From contig NC_043005.1 of assembly GCF_006345805.1 (NCBI RefSeq), positions 51,646,001-51,710,000 on the forward strand: a stretch of DNA of 64,000 bases. Reading direction: 5' to 3'. Source of the stretch: Octopus sinensis (lineage: Eukaryota). This document shows, in pieces, positions 26,364 through 40,106 of the stretch. Each line of letters starts with the position of its first letter. Position 1 is the stretch's first letter. Both the position numbers and the translations under genes were made by a program. The notes beneath the pieces are model-generated. The model was not told where the DNA came from and did not search any database. It worked only from the letters and a program-made list of their open reading frames with translations.

Positions 26364-26949
26364 TGTATGTTTATGTGTGTGTATGTATGTGTGTATCACT
26401 GTGTCTTTGCCTTGGCGTCGTGTGATAAACTTATGCAAATGACATCGTGCAAGCGGTGTCCAGTCTTCTGTGAATACATGTTTGGTCATGGGGAAATCGC
26501 CAGAAATCGCTTGTTTCTAATAAAGTAGGCGTTAAAAGTGAACGTTAAAAGGATGATTCAAGCAAAAAAATTATTTACAGATATTTACGAGAAACAATGA
26601 TCCTCATTCAGGATGACTTTTAAAAAACGCTCGATTAAAATATCATGCAGCTGGTGCCTGAATATGAAGAACTTTATCACTCGTTAGCATTACCAAGAGA
26701 CCACACCCAATTGTAACTGCTTAGATCCTGAAGCGTGCTCATTTGACCAGTCGTATATGATAAACTCTAGTCTGTATGAAGCAGACGTCACACTAACATT
26801 TCAAGACAACGTAACTGAAAAAAAATTATATCGCTTTATACGATAGCGATTTCAAAAGACCATGCAAACCACCTATTTTCTTTCCGGCATATCGACAAAA
26901 CTAAAGCCACTAAGTTAGTTGGCTAGCCACGTATAGGGTTTTAAGACTA

Positions 26950-27340
26950 ACTTCATACCACGTACGATCAAGCGCCGAATCGTAGAGAAATCCATGCCAC
27001 ATGTAAATAGATCTATGAAATGCGACATATTCTTTTTAGATTTAAGAATTTCACCACACTAATTAATTCCAGATCCGAAATATGCATATGAGCAAATTTA
27101 TTATGGTGAACTGGAAGATACCACTCTCCCTGAATAGAGCAGCTGTCTCGCAGATTTTGGGCTCCCCTCCGTTGAATAATTCTATAACAACTAGTTTAAT
27201 TATAACCTTTATAAACAAAGGGAACGTAACTCCGATTTTCTTTCTTTTTTTTTTCACCCTTCCAATTTTTGCATCTACTTTCTCGTTTTTTTCTAATGAT
27301 TTATCATGTATCAGCCTTCTGATTTTCAAACAGAACAGAC
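26950..27340 (-). pseudogene. Possible highly decayed DNA-transposase relic
   Basis: Fragments KIRRLIHDK...E, KFAHMHISD and EYVAFHRSI loosely recall the QIR.LI.D / KIHFLHSHLD / EHGERFHQDI transposon-derived protein family; weak. Confidence 0.25.
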
Positions 27341-27543
27341 TAGATACTCAAGCATATTGATCGCTCGCTTACAGACACAAAATGTTTTATAAAAACCTGT
27401 ATAGATACGTGTTTTCACAGCAAGAAACTATAGTAGAACGTATCTTTATACTGTGTACTTTATATATATATAACATACATGTAATGATTTGATTGGCAAA
27501 GTATGTTATATTTGTAACGGGCAATTTAACTTAAATGTATATA

Positions 27544-27592
<49 letters not shown>

Positions 27593-27633
27593 CATACATA
27601 CATATATATGAAAATACATACATAATATATTAT

Positions 27634-27671
<38 letters not shown>

Positions 27672-28040
27672 GCATAAATCAAGGGATGTTCACAGTTAAT
27701 ATCATAAGGTTAACACGCAATGAAGGAAGAAGAAGTACGAAGGAAAAGAATAACATTTCGTATATAATCCTCGTCGGACATAGAGAAGGGGAAAAAGAAC
27801 GAAGGAAAAGCGAGAACAATGGACCGCCAAGAAGAGCGCGTATTTAACTTGCATTTTCCTGATACAACACACACACACACACGCACACACACACACACGC
27901 ACACACACAAATATACGTAAACAATTATTTGTCATGTACATAAAAATGCATAATCGAATTTTAAGAGTATATTACGAAATAATTTAACAAACTCCGTCTA
28001 AGTAATAACCATTTGAAATTATATAATTTCTGCAGGAGAG

Positions 28041-28081
<41 letters not shown>

Positions 28082-28489
28082 GGAAAAGAGAGAGAGAGAA
28101 GGGTGTGTGTGTGTGTGTGTGAAATATTCATGACCGCCGTTGTTTGAAATCACTTGATCTTGAATTTTATACAAAGAAACAGGATAATAACGGTACATTG
28201 ACTTTATCTGAACATGGCGAAGATGTGAGTGATAATCAGAATGGTTTAGTTGCAATGTTGTTTAAGCATTTATAGAGAATACAAGAAGGAAATTTCCACC
28301 GGAACAGCATTGAAAATAGAAGCAATATACTGTGTCGAGAAAAGTGAATAATTTCTCTTATTGGAACTTATATATATAATGGCTAACATTCCACGAGCTT
28401 ACTGCTGTTGCTTTCGTTACAGTTTTAGTTGTTACTAATTTCGCTTTTAATTTTCTCTTGTCTCGGGTATAACAGGCAATATAGAGTAA

Positions 28490-28722
28490 CCTATTTCTTT
28501 ATTACCCACAAGGGGCTAAACACAGAGGGGACAAACAAGGACAGACATAGGTATTAAGCCGATTACATCGACCCAGTGCGAAACTGGTACTTTATTTATC
28601 GACCCCGAAAGGATGAAAGGCAAAGTCGACCTCGGCGGAATTTGAACTCAGAACGTAACGACAGACGAAATACGGCTACGCATTTCGCCCGGCGCGCTAA
28701 CGATTCTACCAGCTCACTGCCT
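28490..28722 (-). mobile_element. SINE family B, full length
   Basis: Near-identical to 59584-59817. Confidence 0.85.
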
Positions 28723-28773
28723 TCAATATAGAGTAACCACCATCACCACCACCACCACAACAACAACAACAAT

Positions 28774-28890
28774 GGAGGCGCAATGGCTCAGTGGTTAGGG
28801 CAGCGGACTCGCGGTCGTAAGAAAGCGATTTCGATTCCCAGATCGGGCATTGTGAGTGTTTATTGAGCAAAAACACATAAGCTCGACGAG
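28774..28890 (+). mobile_element. 5' part of SINE family D
   Basis: ggaggcgcaatggctcagtggttagggcagcggactcgcgg. Confidence 0.8.
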
Positions 28891-29184
28891 GTATCAGTTG
28901 CTCTCTAATATGTATGTGGTCGAGTGTGTAGCAGTGGATATCTCTAGCTTTCTCGCCCCCACCCCCTGGACCATATCCCTGCTCATCGCTATCGGGGTGG
29001 AGATGGCTGTTCGTAAGTGCGAACCCCGCATCTCCCTCGCCATCCTCCGGGGTAATGCATTTTCTATTTTGCTCCTTGGGGCCATGAGACGGACTGGCAA
29101 CCCTTTTTAGATATTTCTTTGCCATGAGAAAGATATGATGATTTTGGCAGGGCCCTTCAAATTTAGAAAGCTATTTCATTAAGT

Positions 29185-30085
29185 ATTATCTTTTATCTTT
29201 TAAGTCATTTGACTGCGGCCATGCTGGGGCACCGCCTTGAACTTTTAGTCGAATGAATCGACTCCGGTACTTATTTTTAAGCCTAATATTTATTCTCTCA
29301 GTATTACTTGCCGAACCGCTAAGTTACTGGAACTTAAACCTACAAACACCGTTTGTCAAGTGATGATGGGGGAACAGACACACACACACTACACACACAC
29401 ATATATATATACATGTATATACGACGTGCTTTTTTCAGTTTCGTCCACCAAGTTCATTTACAAGGCTTTGGTCGTCCCGAAACAATAATAGCAGACACTT
29501 GCTCTAGGTGCCACGCAGCAGGACTGAACCCGGAACCATGTGGTTGGGAAGCAAGCTTCTTTATTTCATTACATTTGCCATAAAGACAGTACATAGAGTA
29601 AAGTAGCTTTGCGGGCTGGACAAGGACATTAATTAAATGAATGATAATGAAAGAGAGATGATAAGGATGAGAGAAGACAAAAAGCGCCTGCCGACTTCTG
29701 CTTCTCTAAAACATTGTTCTTTAAAACCAAACACAAAACGAAGTATTAAACCTCTTACAACTTTCCAATTTTTGGACTTAACAGTCCATTACAAACAACA
29801 ACATAGTTCAATAATTACATATAATATATATAAATACAATACACAAATCCCCTCCTCCCAGACCTGGCTTACGCTTCCCTTAGGCAATGCACCAGCTCTA
29901 GATCGGGGCCCCAGAAGGCGTATCTAAACATGTCCTTTGAGAAGGTGTTCATTACCCTAACCATAGCGACATCAGATATGATCTTCGTAGTCACCTGCCT
30001 AGGCCACTCCTCGTCCTCTCTCCAGGGCATGTGCTCCTCCCTCCGGGAAGCAAGCTTCTTATCACACAGCCACTCCTGCGCTTAT
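29185..30085 (-). mobile_element. SINE family A split by a LINE insertion
   Basis: SINE body 29185-29561 resumes at 30045-30085 (atcacacagccactcctgcgc). Confidence 0.8.
29562..30044 (-). mobile_element. 5'-truncated LINE 3' end with 16 bp TSD
   Basis: TSD gggaagcaagcttctt at 29546-29561 and 30045-30060; minus frame REEHMPWREDEEWPRQVTTKIISDVAMVRVMNTFSKDMFRYAFWGPDLELVHCLREA*, then an AT-rich UTR ending in AATAAA; clade not determined. Confidence 0.75.
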
Positions 30086-30429
30086 GAGAGACAAATGAGA
30101 TAAATGAAAAACATAAACAGAACGGCTCCAGCTTGTGTCGAATGATTTAGAAAGTATAAACTTGTAATCTCATCGATAACCAAACGATTAAAAATAATCC
30201 TGACTAGTTTAATTACTTTTGTACTAATTGAAAGGCAAATTTCTTATAATTTATAACCTTTTGCCTGCGTTATTTAGTGCAGAAACCACTTACCAGAATT
30301 ATCTAATAAAGTCACCGCTGGTCAATCAGTAGACATACTTCAGCAGGTTTTTCTCTTTTTAAGAATTGTCTCTTCTCAACCTCCTTGAATTCTCACAAAA
30401 ACACGGACTACGAAGCGACAAGCAGGGCG

Positions 30430-30593
30430 CTGCTGCTGCTGCTACTACTACTACTACTACTGCTGCTGCTGCTACTGCTACTGCTGCTACTACTACTACT
30501 ACTACTACTACTATAACTACTACTACTACAATGATAACGACAACGAAGACAGCTACCACGATCACCAACACCATCACTACCACCACCACCACC

Positions 30594-30644
<51 letters not shown>

Positions 30645-30682
30645 GCTGCTGCTACTGCTACTGCTGCTGCTGCTGCTGCTGC
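30430..30682. repeat. (GCT)n/(ACT)n/(ACC)n triplet tract
   Basis: Direct inspection. Confidence 0.95.
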
Positions 30683-31179
30683 CACCTGCCCAAAGCCAAG
30701 TCGTCTCCTACTAGTAGTATGTGGGGCAGTGAAATCAAACACAAAAACACATGCATAATTGTCATCCTTCGATAAGATAACCTACGCGTAGGTGAGACGT
30801 GACATACGTATATATCAACGAGATGGTTGCCGAGATAAAAACACTCTTATTGATGTATACTTGTAGTGTTTTGACGCGTTAACAACATTTCATTGACTAA
30901 ACGTGTTCTATACTAAACTCTGGTAAATAAAAGTGTCGGAAAAACTAAAATAACAGACATCGAACTTCCTCAGAATAAAATGTTTCTGAAGGTTTTTATG
31001 GTTCTCTTAATTTGATTTGTGTCGTTAAAGATGAGAGACAAGTGGTTAGTTTATAGACGTGTAGGTCACTGTCCAATGGATTGCTACGAGCTAGCTTAGT
31101 GGTGATATACAGTAGGTTTAGGTATTTGGAAAGCATGTTAGAATTCTAATGGGCGAAAGCTATTATTTAACTATTTATT

Positions 31180-31213
<34 letters not shown>

Positions 31214-31498
31214 GGGGGGAGGGAGGCAGTATTAATATCAAGAAGTGATATTTATCCCCGCTTGAACGTAGACGTTCTACAAGAATAAACTATACGGCAA
31301 TAGTTACCATGTTTCATGTTGGCTTTTAACGCAAAACGCACCTTTGTTTACATAGGTAGCGGGGAGATAAATCCCTGACATCTTCAGAGCTGAGACCACC
31401 AGATGACGTGATTTCGACCTGCCTTGGTCTCATCAATGATGGACATTCGGCCGCTAGAGATAGCAGCGACTCATCTCCATGCAATCAATATGTGTGTT

Positions 31499-31540
<42 letters not shown>

Positions 31541-31541
<1 letters not shown>

Positions 31542-31929
31542 TCTTTACTTGTTTCAGTCATTGGACTGCGGCCATGCTGGAGCACCACCTTTAGTCGATC
31601 AAATCGACCCCGGGACTTATTCTTTGTAAGCCCAGTACTTATTCTATCGGTCTCTTTTGCTGAACCGCTAAGTGACGGGGACGTAAACACACCAGCATCG
31701 GTTGTCAAGCAATGCTAGGGGGACAAATACAGACACACAAACTCCCCCGCCACACACACATATATATATATACATATATACGACAGGCTTCTTTCAGTTT
31801 CTGTCTACCAAATCCACTCACAAGGCATTGGTCGGCCCGGGGCTATAGCAGAAGACACTTGCCCAAGATGCCACGCAGTGGGACTGAAACCGGAACCATG
31901 TGGTTGGTTAGCAAGCTACTTACCACACA

Positions 31930-31933
<4 letters not shown>
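31541..31933 (-). mobile_element. SINE family A, near full length, little diverged
   Basis: Clean reverse complement of the 41526 copy. Confidence 0.9.
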
Positions 31934-31995
<62 letters not shown>

Positions 31996-32189
31996 ATATA
32001 TATAATATATATATATATATATGTAATATATAGTAGTATATATATATATGTATATATATATGTATATATATGTATATATATAGGTATCTATATATATATA
32101 TATGATATATATATATGTTATATATATATATGTTATATATATATATATGTATATATAATATATATAGTATATATATAATGTATATATAA

Positions 32190-32227
<38 letters not shown>

Positions 32228-32230
<3 letters not shown>

Positions 32231-32368
32231 AAGCGGTTCGGCAAAAGAGACCAATAAAATAAGTACTGGGCTTACAAAGAATAAGTCCCGGGGACGATTT
32301 GCTCGACTAAAGGCGGTGCTCCAGCATGGCCGCAGTCAAATGACTGAAACAAGTAAAAGAGTAAAAGA

Positions 32369-32370
<2 letters not shown>
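32228..32370 (+). mobile_element. 3' half of SINE family A, inverted relative to the 31541 copy
   Basis: agcggttcggcaaaagagacc...tgactgaaacaagtaaaagag. Confidence 0.85.
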
Positions 32371-32408
<38 letters not shown>

Positions 32409-32429
32409 GCACACACACACACACACACA

Positions 32430-32715
32430 CGGACAACGAAGCGACAAGGATCGCAGGTTTGAATCTCAGACCGGGCGATATGTATGTTTATGAGCGAAAC
32501 ACCTAAGCTTCACGCTGCTCTGGCAGAAGGTAAAGACCAACTTCTGCTGACTTTGTCGGCACAACTTTCTCTCACTCTTTTCTCCTGCATCTAGCATCTC
32601 ACCTGCGTAGGACCGGCGTCCCGTCCAGGTGGGAAATCCTATACGCCAAGGAAACTGGGAAACCGGTCCTCATGAGGCATGCATGTCTCGAGAAGGAACA
32701 AACAACAATAAACAA
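32430..32715 (+). mobile_element. SINE family D variant with a different 3' end
   Basis: cagaccgggcgatatgtatgtttatgagcgaaacacctaagct; caactttctctcactctt; (AAC)n tail. Confidence 0.6.
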
Positions 32716-32754
32716 CATTATTTAACTAGTAAAAGCTTGAAAAGTTGCTGATCT

Positions 32755-32989
32755 CATCTTATCTTTTACTTCTTTCAATCATTAGACTGCGGCCATGCTG
32801 GGGCACCACCTTCAAGAATTTTACGTATTCTATTGATCTCTTTTACCAAACTACGGATACATAAACACACCAGTATCAGTTGTCAAGCGGTGGTGACCCA
32901 CAGACACAGATACACAGATGCACACATACAAACACATGCACGCACGCAAACACACACACAAACACACACGCACAAACATACATGCATAC

Positions 32990-33065
<76 letters not shown>

Positions 33066-33215
33066 GATGGGCTCTATTCCGTTTTCGACTATCACATCCA
33101 CGTCAGCCCGAGACTATAGTAGAAGACACTTGCCCAAGATGTCGCGCAGTGGGACTGAACCCGGAACCATGTGGTTGAGAAGCATGCTTCTTACTACACA
33201 GACAAGCTTGCGCCT
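32755..33215 (-). mobile_element. SINE family A with expanded internal microsatellite
   Basis: gaagacacttgcccaagatgtcgcgcagtgggactgaacccggaaccatg. Confidence 0.8.
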
Positions 33216-33902
33216 ATTTATTTATTTGTAAATTTTCTTAAGAGAAATTTAAAGAATAGAGATTCATCATTTTCATTCGATTTTGCAATAAATACTATTC
33301 TCAAAAAGGAAACAATGGTCTAAACCTTTTAAAGATTGTGTCGAGAAATATGTGTGTGCATGTATGTGTACATACATACAGAATGAAAGAGTATGCTAGA
33401 GAGAAAGAGAGAGTGAGAGAGAGAGAGAGGTGGGGGAGCCGCGAACTAAAACCGGAAGTTCTATTATAGATATACAGATTTGACAAAATTTCTTATAGCG
33501 ATTCAATCAAGGTTTGAGTTGCTGGTGCATAGAAGCTCTCCAGAACTGTATTAGGTAGAGTTCAGTAGCGTGGTGATATAGAATTTTGCTTTGCTATGTT
33601 ATTAGCACTACCACAAATGCTGCCGAGTTCTGTTTTTGTATTTAATTGCCTTCTCATAATCGGGGATATCCTTTATAAACTTTATTAGTACTCCCATATT
33701 TTCACACGTTTTAGCCTATTCACTTAATGTATACATCTGCAATGCATTTTGTGTGTGTATGTATATATATATGTATATATATATATCACCGTGATCACCG
33801 TGACCAAACCGGCTATCAGATTGCTACAGATCGCTGGTCACAATGCGCTTCGCATTGTTTTAGCCTTCAAATGACACCATCCCGCTGGCTAAGCGAGCAG
33901 GT

Positions 33903-33948
<46 letters not shown>

Positions 33949-33967
33949 TATATATATAGATATCTAT

Positions 33968-34009
<42 letters not shown>

Positions 34010-34255
34010 GTGTGTGTGTTGTATGTATGTATGTATATATCCAAATGGAGGGGGTGAAGTAGGTGAAATCCAGACAACATTGGTTTCTGAGTTAACAGAT
34101 CCTCTGATGTAATAATTACTCAACGAGGAGAAACTCAACTAGCTACCCATCAGACCCAAAGATACCTTAATTATATGAAGGTTACATTGCAGTTAAAAAA
34201 TCCCAAGTTTACTTGCCGAAGATATTATTTGAAATTATATATATATCTATATATA

Positions 34256-34313
<58 letters not shown>

Positions 34314-34696
34314 CGTGTGTATGTATATATATATATATATAAATATGTATATGCATATGTGTGTATGTATGTGTATATGTATGCACATGTTTGTGTGTGT
34401 AAAGATAAACTTTATTGAGTTAGATGATTGCTAATTAATAAAGTAGTAAATACGTTTTAAGACGTTGCTTCGGTATTATCAGGCTTAAAGGATACACGCA
34501 TGTGCGTATATACATACATACATACATACATACATACATACATACATACATACATACAGACATACATACATACATACATGCATATTACTTATAAATTCCT
34601 AGTAATGTGAATTAAATATCATCATTATTATCACCACTGCCCCCACTATGACCGCCACTAGCATTTTGTTCGACGTGCCAATGATTCTGACGCCGC

Positions 34697-34752
<56 letters not shown>

Positions 34753-34966
34753 TAATAATAATAAACTATTACTACCCAAGTATTTTAATTTAACTTTAAA
34801 AAAAAATTAACGAACTAGTGAGTTTAGTTTAATGGCCTACAATGTATACTATGAGTTTTTTTTCCCTAGGAGTCGGGAAGACACTCGGCAAGAAATGGAA
34901 GCAAAATTTGAAAGAAGAAGAAAAAACGATAATAATATATAATAATTAATAATAATGATAATAAAA

Positions 34967-35040
<74 letters not shown>

Positions 35041-35089
35041 TATTAATTATTATTATTATATTATTATTATTATTATTATTATAATGATA

Positions 35090-35144
<55 letters not shown>

Positions 35145-35145
<1 letters not shown>

Positions 35146-35510
35146 GGTGGCAAGCTGGCTGAGTCGTTAGCAATCCAGAGACAATATTTAGAATCCTTTT
35201 CTTTACGTTGTGAGTTAAAGTTCCGCCGACGAGTCGATAAATTAAGCACCAGTTACGTACTGGGGTTGATCTAATCAACTGGTCCCCTTCCTCAAAATTT
35301 CGGGCCTTGTGTCTACAGTAGAAAAGAATATTTAACGGCGTTTCATCTGTCTTTATGTTCTAAAAAAAAAAAAAAAAATCTGCAGAGGTCGACTTTGCCT
35401 TCCATTTTTTCGGTGGGAATGAAATAAGTACCAGCCCCGCATTGGGGTCGATGCAATCGACTAGCTCCGCTTTCCGAAAATTTCAAGGTTTGTGCCTCTA
35501 GTACAAAGGC
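35145..35510 (+). mobile_element. Two partial SINE family B copies
   Basis: ggtggcaagctggctgagtcgttagc; gtcgataaattaagcaccagttacg; gaggtcgactttgccttcc. Confidence 0.7.
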
Positions 35511-35779
35511 TTGTTACTATAATTCAGTACTTTTGTTCAATGTCATGCTTTCACCGCCCCGCACAACAACCTACTTTGAGTACGTGCAATGTTTAATGTA
35601 ACATTAACAAAAGTAATAAAAAGCTTTACAGCAACAATGAAATTATTACACTCAAAATTACGCGTTTTAAGAATACCAACACAGGCAACAAAACACTAAG
35701 CGTTGATTTCTGTTTCTTTGAAAGTACTCAACGTAATATCTATGCAGTATCTAGTATCACTGTTTCATGCATGTTAAGT

Positions 35780-36330
35780 ATATTTCAAGATTTCTTTATA
35801 AAAATAGGTTTCCAAAATGTTTCCAATGTTTCTATAGCCTCTATCAACCTCTATTTTATTACCGTTTTATATTCGTATAGAATTGTTGCAGCTTATTTTC
35901 AAAGGCCTGCTTTTTGAGAATATCATGTGTTTTTTTTCTTCTCTCTAACACTATATCTTTTTTGATCTGTTATGTAGAGCAGCCACTTTTTATTGTTTTA
36001 GGCATCCAAATGTTTATCTTGCTTTTAATTATCATGTTGTAGGTAGGGTATTTTTTTGTAGATGTTTTCCCGAACGTATATAATAATACACAGTCATGTG
36101 GCCTATTTCACTTACTTTGCTACATAGAATATCTATTCAATACTTTAATTTCATCCTCCAGTTGTTTGGTGTATATTTGTAGATTTTATCTTTTGTAACG
36201 ACACATGGTTTATTTAACCATGCATAGTCAATTGTTGTGAGTATGCAAGCGTATAGGAAATTGTGTTTAACTGCGTTGGATAACTGCTGATCGCGTCTTT
36301 TGATCTGTGTTGATCTTTACGAGAGGGTCA
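35780..36330 (-). pseudogene. Possible decayed N-terminal region of an R4/Dong-type non-LTR ORF
   Basis: Minus-strand fragments NFLYACILTTIDY, TPNNWRMKL, LKKQAF and TLETFWKPIF resemble the pre-RT region of R4/Dong proteins; many disruptions. Confidence 0.35.
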
Positions 36331-36597
36331 ATTAAACCTATGCCTATAATTCACACAACAACCTGTTGTAAACATCTTAGCACAAACGTTGATCATGTAT
36401 CGTCAATTTCTTTTGGTTTCACCTCAATGGAATGTTGCCAAATTCCAGTAACAACAGCAAATGCTAGACTTTATGTAGTTGAATAAATACCGTAACAAGA
36501 AGTGGTAAGGTCAACACTATTGCTTCTTTTTCCTTATTTTTTTACCAATATTAGTAATATTATTATTATTATTGTTATCAACTTTATTTTCATCAAA

Positions 36598-37190
36598 GAC
36601 GGTGAGCTGGCAGAAACGTTAGCACGCCGGGCGAAATGCGTAGCCGTATTTCGTTTGCCGTTATGTTCTGAGTTCAAATTCCGCCGAGGTCGACTTTGCC
36701 TTTCATCCTTTCGGGGTCGATAAGTTAAGTATCAGTTACGCACTGGGGTCGATGTAATCGATTTAATCCGTTTGTCTGTCCTTGTTTGTCCTCTCTATGT
36801 TTAGCTCCGTGTGGGTAATAAAAAAAGCAGATACTTCTTTGACCTTTATGTTCTGAGTTCAAATTTTGCCAAGGTCGACTTTGTCTTCAATCTTTTCGGG
36901 GTCGATGGAAAAGTATCAGTTGATCATTGAGATCGATGCAAACGGCAAGTTCTCTCCCCAAAATTTTAGGCCTTGTACCTAAAATAGAAAGGAGTATTAA
37001 AGCGGTGAGCTGGCAGAGTCGTTAGCACGATGGAAAAAGGCTTAGCGGTATTTCTTCGGCTTCTACCTTTTGAACTTAAATTTCTCCGAGGTCGAATTTA
37101 CTTTGCCGCCTTTCCAGGTCGATAAAATAAGGATCGGATGAACAAAGGTCGATGTAATCGGCATACCCCCAGCTCCCAGATTTCAGGCTT
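36598..37190 (+). mobile_element. Cluster of three SINE family B copies (36598-36823 intact)
   Basis: ggtgagctggcagaaacgttagcacgccgggcg...gagttcaaattccgccgaggtcgactttgcctttcatcctttcggggtcgataa. Confidence 0.85.
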
Positions 37191-37219
37191 CTCTTTCACT
37201 ATTATTATTATTGACATGA

Positions 37220-37685
37220 CTTACTTAAGCCCTTCGTTGCTCCCTTTGAAAGATAGGTAATCGACAACGATTCTCCACTATTTTTTACTCTGGGACATCT
37301 TTTCTGATCCTTTCCAGTTGGACTCCCCGTTTTTCAGCTCTGCATCGTGTGCGTTCAGGTCAGGGCCTAACGGGTAATACAAGATGCTGGTTTCCTTTCG
37401 GCTGTTGCTGCATTGCGTCACATGTTTCCCTGAGGAAAAGCCTTCCTCTCTCAGGTTGCGTTGGTTTTATCATCGATACTTCTGTAACTTTGGTTTTATT
37501 CTAGGTAGGAATGCTCGCCCTAGCAAAACAGCTTTTACATTTTTTGAAGAGTTGGTCTAGATTAGTGCGGCCTCTATCCTTTGAACCGTTTAACATGGGA
37601 GGCCGTACTAAGAGCTTGCATTCCACTGGAATAGCTCACAGGGTCATTAAGTCATACAAGCCACGACACCGCAACAAGGTCTGGA
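37220..37685 (-). mobile_element. Internally deleted RTE-like LINE (5' UTR-like part joined to 3' end)
   Basis: Minus-strand 3' end reads AELKNGESNWKG...WRIVVDYL, like an RTE ORF C-terminus; 37600-37685 (atagctcacagggtcattaagtcatacaagccacgacaccgcaacaagg) resembles RTE 5' termini from memory. Confidence 0.5.
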
Positions 37686-38666
37686 TCTTATGGTGCATTA
37701 TTAACATTATTACCATTAGTCTTTAGAGCCTCAACTTCTAACTTCGTCAACCAATGTCCTCTGAATAATTTTCCTTTATCACATATTTGTTGTTCAATGC
37801 AAGATGTATCCCTGAATATTTCTTTTCATTACAGTGTGAAACAAATTAAAAAGTTTTATTGTCTTTCGTTTGTAAGTGTTATTTCTTATTTGCTTCTATC
37901 GAGAAGTCAAGGAAAAATATTATCATTCCCTTCAAACATTGCTTTTGTGGCCAGGACATCAATATTTTGAAACTGACCTATTTTCCATTACATCTTAGAC
38001 AGATTCAGCGTTGAGTTGCTGAAGCAGAAATATCGTTATGGCAAATATTCTGCTCAATGCCAAGAATTTCCTTGTCAGTTGCTTGACCTTAACCGCTTGG
38101 CCATGTTCCTTAGTGGCTGGCAATATGTGCATATCTGATCATGTACAGGAGTAGTGGGAGAGCATCATAGTCATGTGTTGAAAGGGATTTTGGGTGTTTT
38201 AATAAATGTAACAAAAGCAATGTTTGAAGGAAATATTAGCCATTTTTCGTACATTCTAGGGTTAAGCAAAAAGGAAGTAACAGTTGCTACCCAAGGACAA
38301 AAATCGTGTTAGACAGTGTGTTATCTAATCATTTATTAGAAGTATGCTAACCGAAAACGAACATTTATGACGGCTTGAAAGCAGCGTCGAAGAAAACATT
38401 AACATTTATTTCTGGATTTCTTGTGCCCATCATGTTCTTAGTCCTACTGTCGTTGGTGCCGGATTATTTTGCCGCTCTGGTCTCATTCGTATTAGTGTAT
38501 CCTGACAAGCAGATAGTCGGATTTCAAGGAATATGTTTTTTATAACTTCAAATTAGAGATGTGATAATCACTTCCGGCTGGCAGTAAGTTGTTGCTGTTG
38601 TTATTGTTATTGCTATTCTTCTTGTTGTTGTTATCATCATAATCATCGTCATTATTATTATTATTA

Positions 38667-38724
<58 letters not shown>

Positions 38725-38742
38725 GTTACTATTCGATCAGGG

Positions 38743-39130
38743 GGTGGGGTAGCGGTGTTGCTCAGAAAAGGCCTTGTTCTTGAGATATGGTTGGTCTTTC
38801 TGGACCCGGAAGGTAAGTTGGTGGTCCTGGACATGACTGATAATGAAGGCAGTGCTTTTAGACTGGACACTGTGCATGTACCAATTGAGTTATCAACGAC
38901 ATTAGCGGCAGCGAGTCGTTAAAAAAATCTATAGTAATTTGCGTGTGAAAAGAGCTTCCATCACTAGCTGGTGATTAACACACTCTAGGGACGGGTAACT
39001 CCCTAGACTCGAGTCTGTGTGTATCACGTAAGACAAGAGATGGAAGCGATGACCTCTCCTAGCAACTGCTAATCGGACATAGAATGTGCGTGGTTAGCCA
39101 GCTGGAGGAGATGTCTTCCTAGGGCTATAA
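38743..39130 (+). pseudogene. AP-endonuclease fragment of an L1/Tx1-like LINE ORF2
   Basis: GGVAVLLRKGLVLEIWLVFLDPEGKLVVLDMTDNEGSAFRLDTVHVP, later LAGD*; matches APE motifs GGVAVL / D..GR / VYAP / GDFN. Confidence 0.7.
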
Positions 39131-39536
39131 ACATCAGTAGCACTGTCCTGTATAGGACGCCGCTCTTAGTTGGCAAATATATGTATGTATATATATATAT
39201 ATATATATATTATATATTATACATACATACATACATACATACATACATACATACAACATAATACATACATACATAAATGTACATATATATATTCATATAT
39301 ATATATAATACTTAGATAAAACTTAGATATGTTTCGACCAAGATGGTCCAGGCCATGTCTACTTGATAGCACCACCTGATAGGATTATGAATCCTGTTAA
39401 GTCAAGTGTGTTTATGGTCCATTCAAGTAGTGAGTTTTTGTTGGGTGAGTTGTATCCAATTATAGGTGGCTTATCTGGTATTCTTGAAGGAATCTATCAG
39501 ACTCCGTTTAAAAATATATATAGAATATTCATATTA

Positions 39537-39598
<62 letters not shown>

Positions 39599-39812
39599 TT
39601 TATATATATATATATATATATAATATAATATCATTTATATATATATATATATATATATATAATATCATTTATATATATATATATAATATCATTATATATA
39701 TATATATATATATATAATATCATTTATATATATATATAATATATATATAATATATAATATCATTTATTTATATATATATATATATATAATATAATATAAT
39801 ATAATATAATAT

Positions 39813-39867
<55 letters not shown>

Positions 39868-40019
39868 TATACATGACATTTCTCAATTTCAAAATGTGAA
39901 ATTCGTGTGATAAAGCAGGATACTAAAACCCGGTGGTATATACACACCCACACACTATCTACCTGTCTGCCTGCCTGTCTGTCTGTCTGTCTGTCTATTG
40001 TTGTCTGTCTGTCTCTCTA

Positions 40020-40106
<87 letters not shown>

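Noticed and set aside
28894-29125. GC-rich non-repetitive ORFs after the truncated SINE
   Set aside because: No motif recognised; likely a retroelement fragment but unassignable by eye.
30364-30791. Possible plus-strand exon (tttttaag acceptor, gtgag donor)
   Set aside because: Mostly triplet repeat, with no recognisable protein in any frame.
31300-31440. Two minus-strand hammerhead-like cores (UGAUGA-GACC/GGUC-GAAA..GUC; CUGAAGA...GAAAC-AUG-GUA)
   Set aside because: C3 missing in one and helix I does not pair in either; possibly old relics, not supportable as features.
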